Assembly (NCBI GenBank): GCA_035279985.1
Contig: DATEGR010000062.1
Location: forward strand, 1-32,959
Length of the DNA stretch: 32,959 nucleotides
From: Verrucomicrobiia bacterium
Lineage (GTDB): Bacteria; Verrucomicrobiota; Verrucomicrobiia; Limisphaerales; UBA11358
Reading direction: 5' to 3'
Position numbers and translations under genes: made by a program. Positions 32,915-32,959 of this stretch are shown piece by piece. How positions within the stretch are numbered: the stretch's first letter is position 1; every line of letters begins with the position of its first letter. Below the pieces are notes generated by a model. That model was given only the letters and a program-made list of their open reading frames with translations, made no database searches and had not been told where the DNA came from.

Positions 32915-32959
32915 GGAGCGCGACAGTGTGCGAAGCACCAGTCGCAGCGCTGCGGCTGG
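32915..32959. repeat. Possible further copy (truncated by the window edge) of the hairpin-repeat family seen at 7961..8057
   Basis: ggaGCGCGacagtGTGCGAAgc.. matches the reverse complement of 8000..8020 (cgaGCGCGccgatGTGCGAAaagc) and is followed by a palindromic GC hairpin core GCAGCGCTGC. Only about 45 nt are visible. Confidence 0.3.

Noticed and set aside
1-32959. Scan for CRISPR arrays, tRNA/rRNA genes, transposases/integrases, toxin-antitoxin pairs or known defence-system genes.
   Set aside because: I saw no regularly spaced direct repeats, no cloverleaf-like or rRNA-like segments, and no ORF with recombinase, nuclease, ATPase or defence-type motifs. The coding capacity is fully accounted for by CAZyme, transport and pilin-like genes.

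Overview
GC-rich, almost fully coding window with 17 callable protein genes. Fifteen form one unidirectional minus-strand train of about 28 kb (28295 -> 43). One plus-strand gene diverges from that train, and one further minus-strand gene converges on it. I saw no rRNA, tRNA, CRISPR array, transposase, integrase or transcription factor.

The content reads as a pectin / rhamnogalacturonan-type polysaccharide-degradation island:
- three PL1 pectate lyases, two of which share a CBM-like + FN3-like N-terminal module
- a GH78 alpha-L-rhamnosidase
- a GH127 (DUF1680) enzyme
- a non-canonical BNR/sialidase-fold protein
- a six-hairpin glycosidase
- a beta-helix + TIM-like composite enzyme
- an unassigned 881-aa glycosidase-like protein
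- a beta-propeller glycosidase-like protein
- a DUF3826 protein
- a DHDPS/NAL-family aldolase
- two ACS-family MFS acid-sugar transporters

The sequence style points to a PVC-superphylum genome, most likely Verrucomicrobiota. This is inference, not a search result. It rests on [22 protein letters not shown] pseudopilins with an H-X9-DG motif, autotransporter-type beta-strand repeats, C-terminal domains ending in FYR, and hairpin repeats that translate to ..AALQDA.. or ..LLTSAAT...

The most unusual items are:
1. A self-contained module of two tandem H-X9-DG pseudopilin paralogues followed by a 1175-aa beta-strand-repeat surface protein. The paralogues have conserved 30-aa leaders and duplicated upstream DNA, and a decayed third copy lies next to them. 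The module is wedged into a CAZyme train that has no TonB/SusCD-type uptake gene and no regulator.
2. A 72-bp palindromic element inserted in frame (24 codons) inside a glycosidase gene.
3. A sialidase-fold enzyme, an aldolase and an MFS transporter that could together handle the ulosonic acids Kdo/Dha.
4. Three GTGA start/stop overlaps.

All family calls come from motif recognition by eye. None has been checked by a search.
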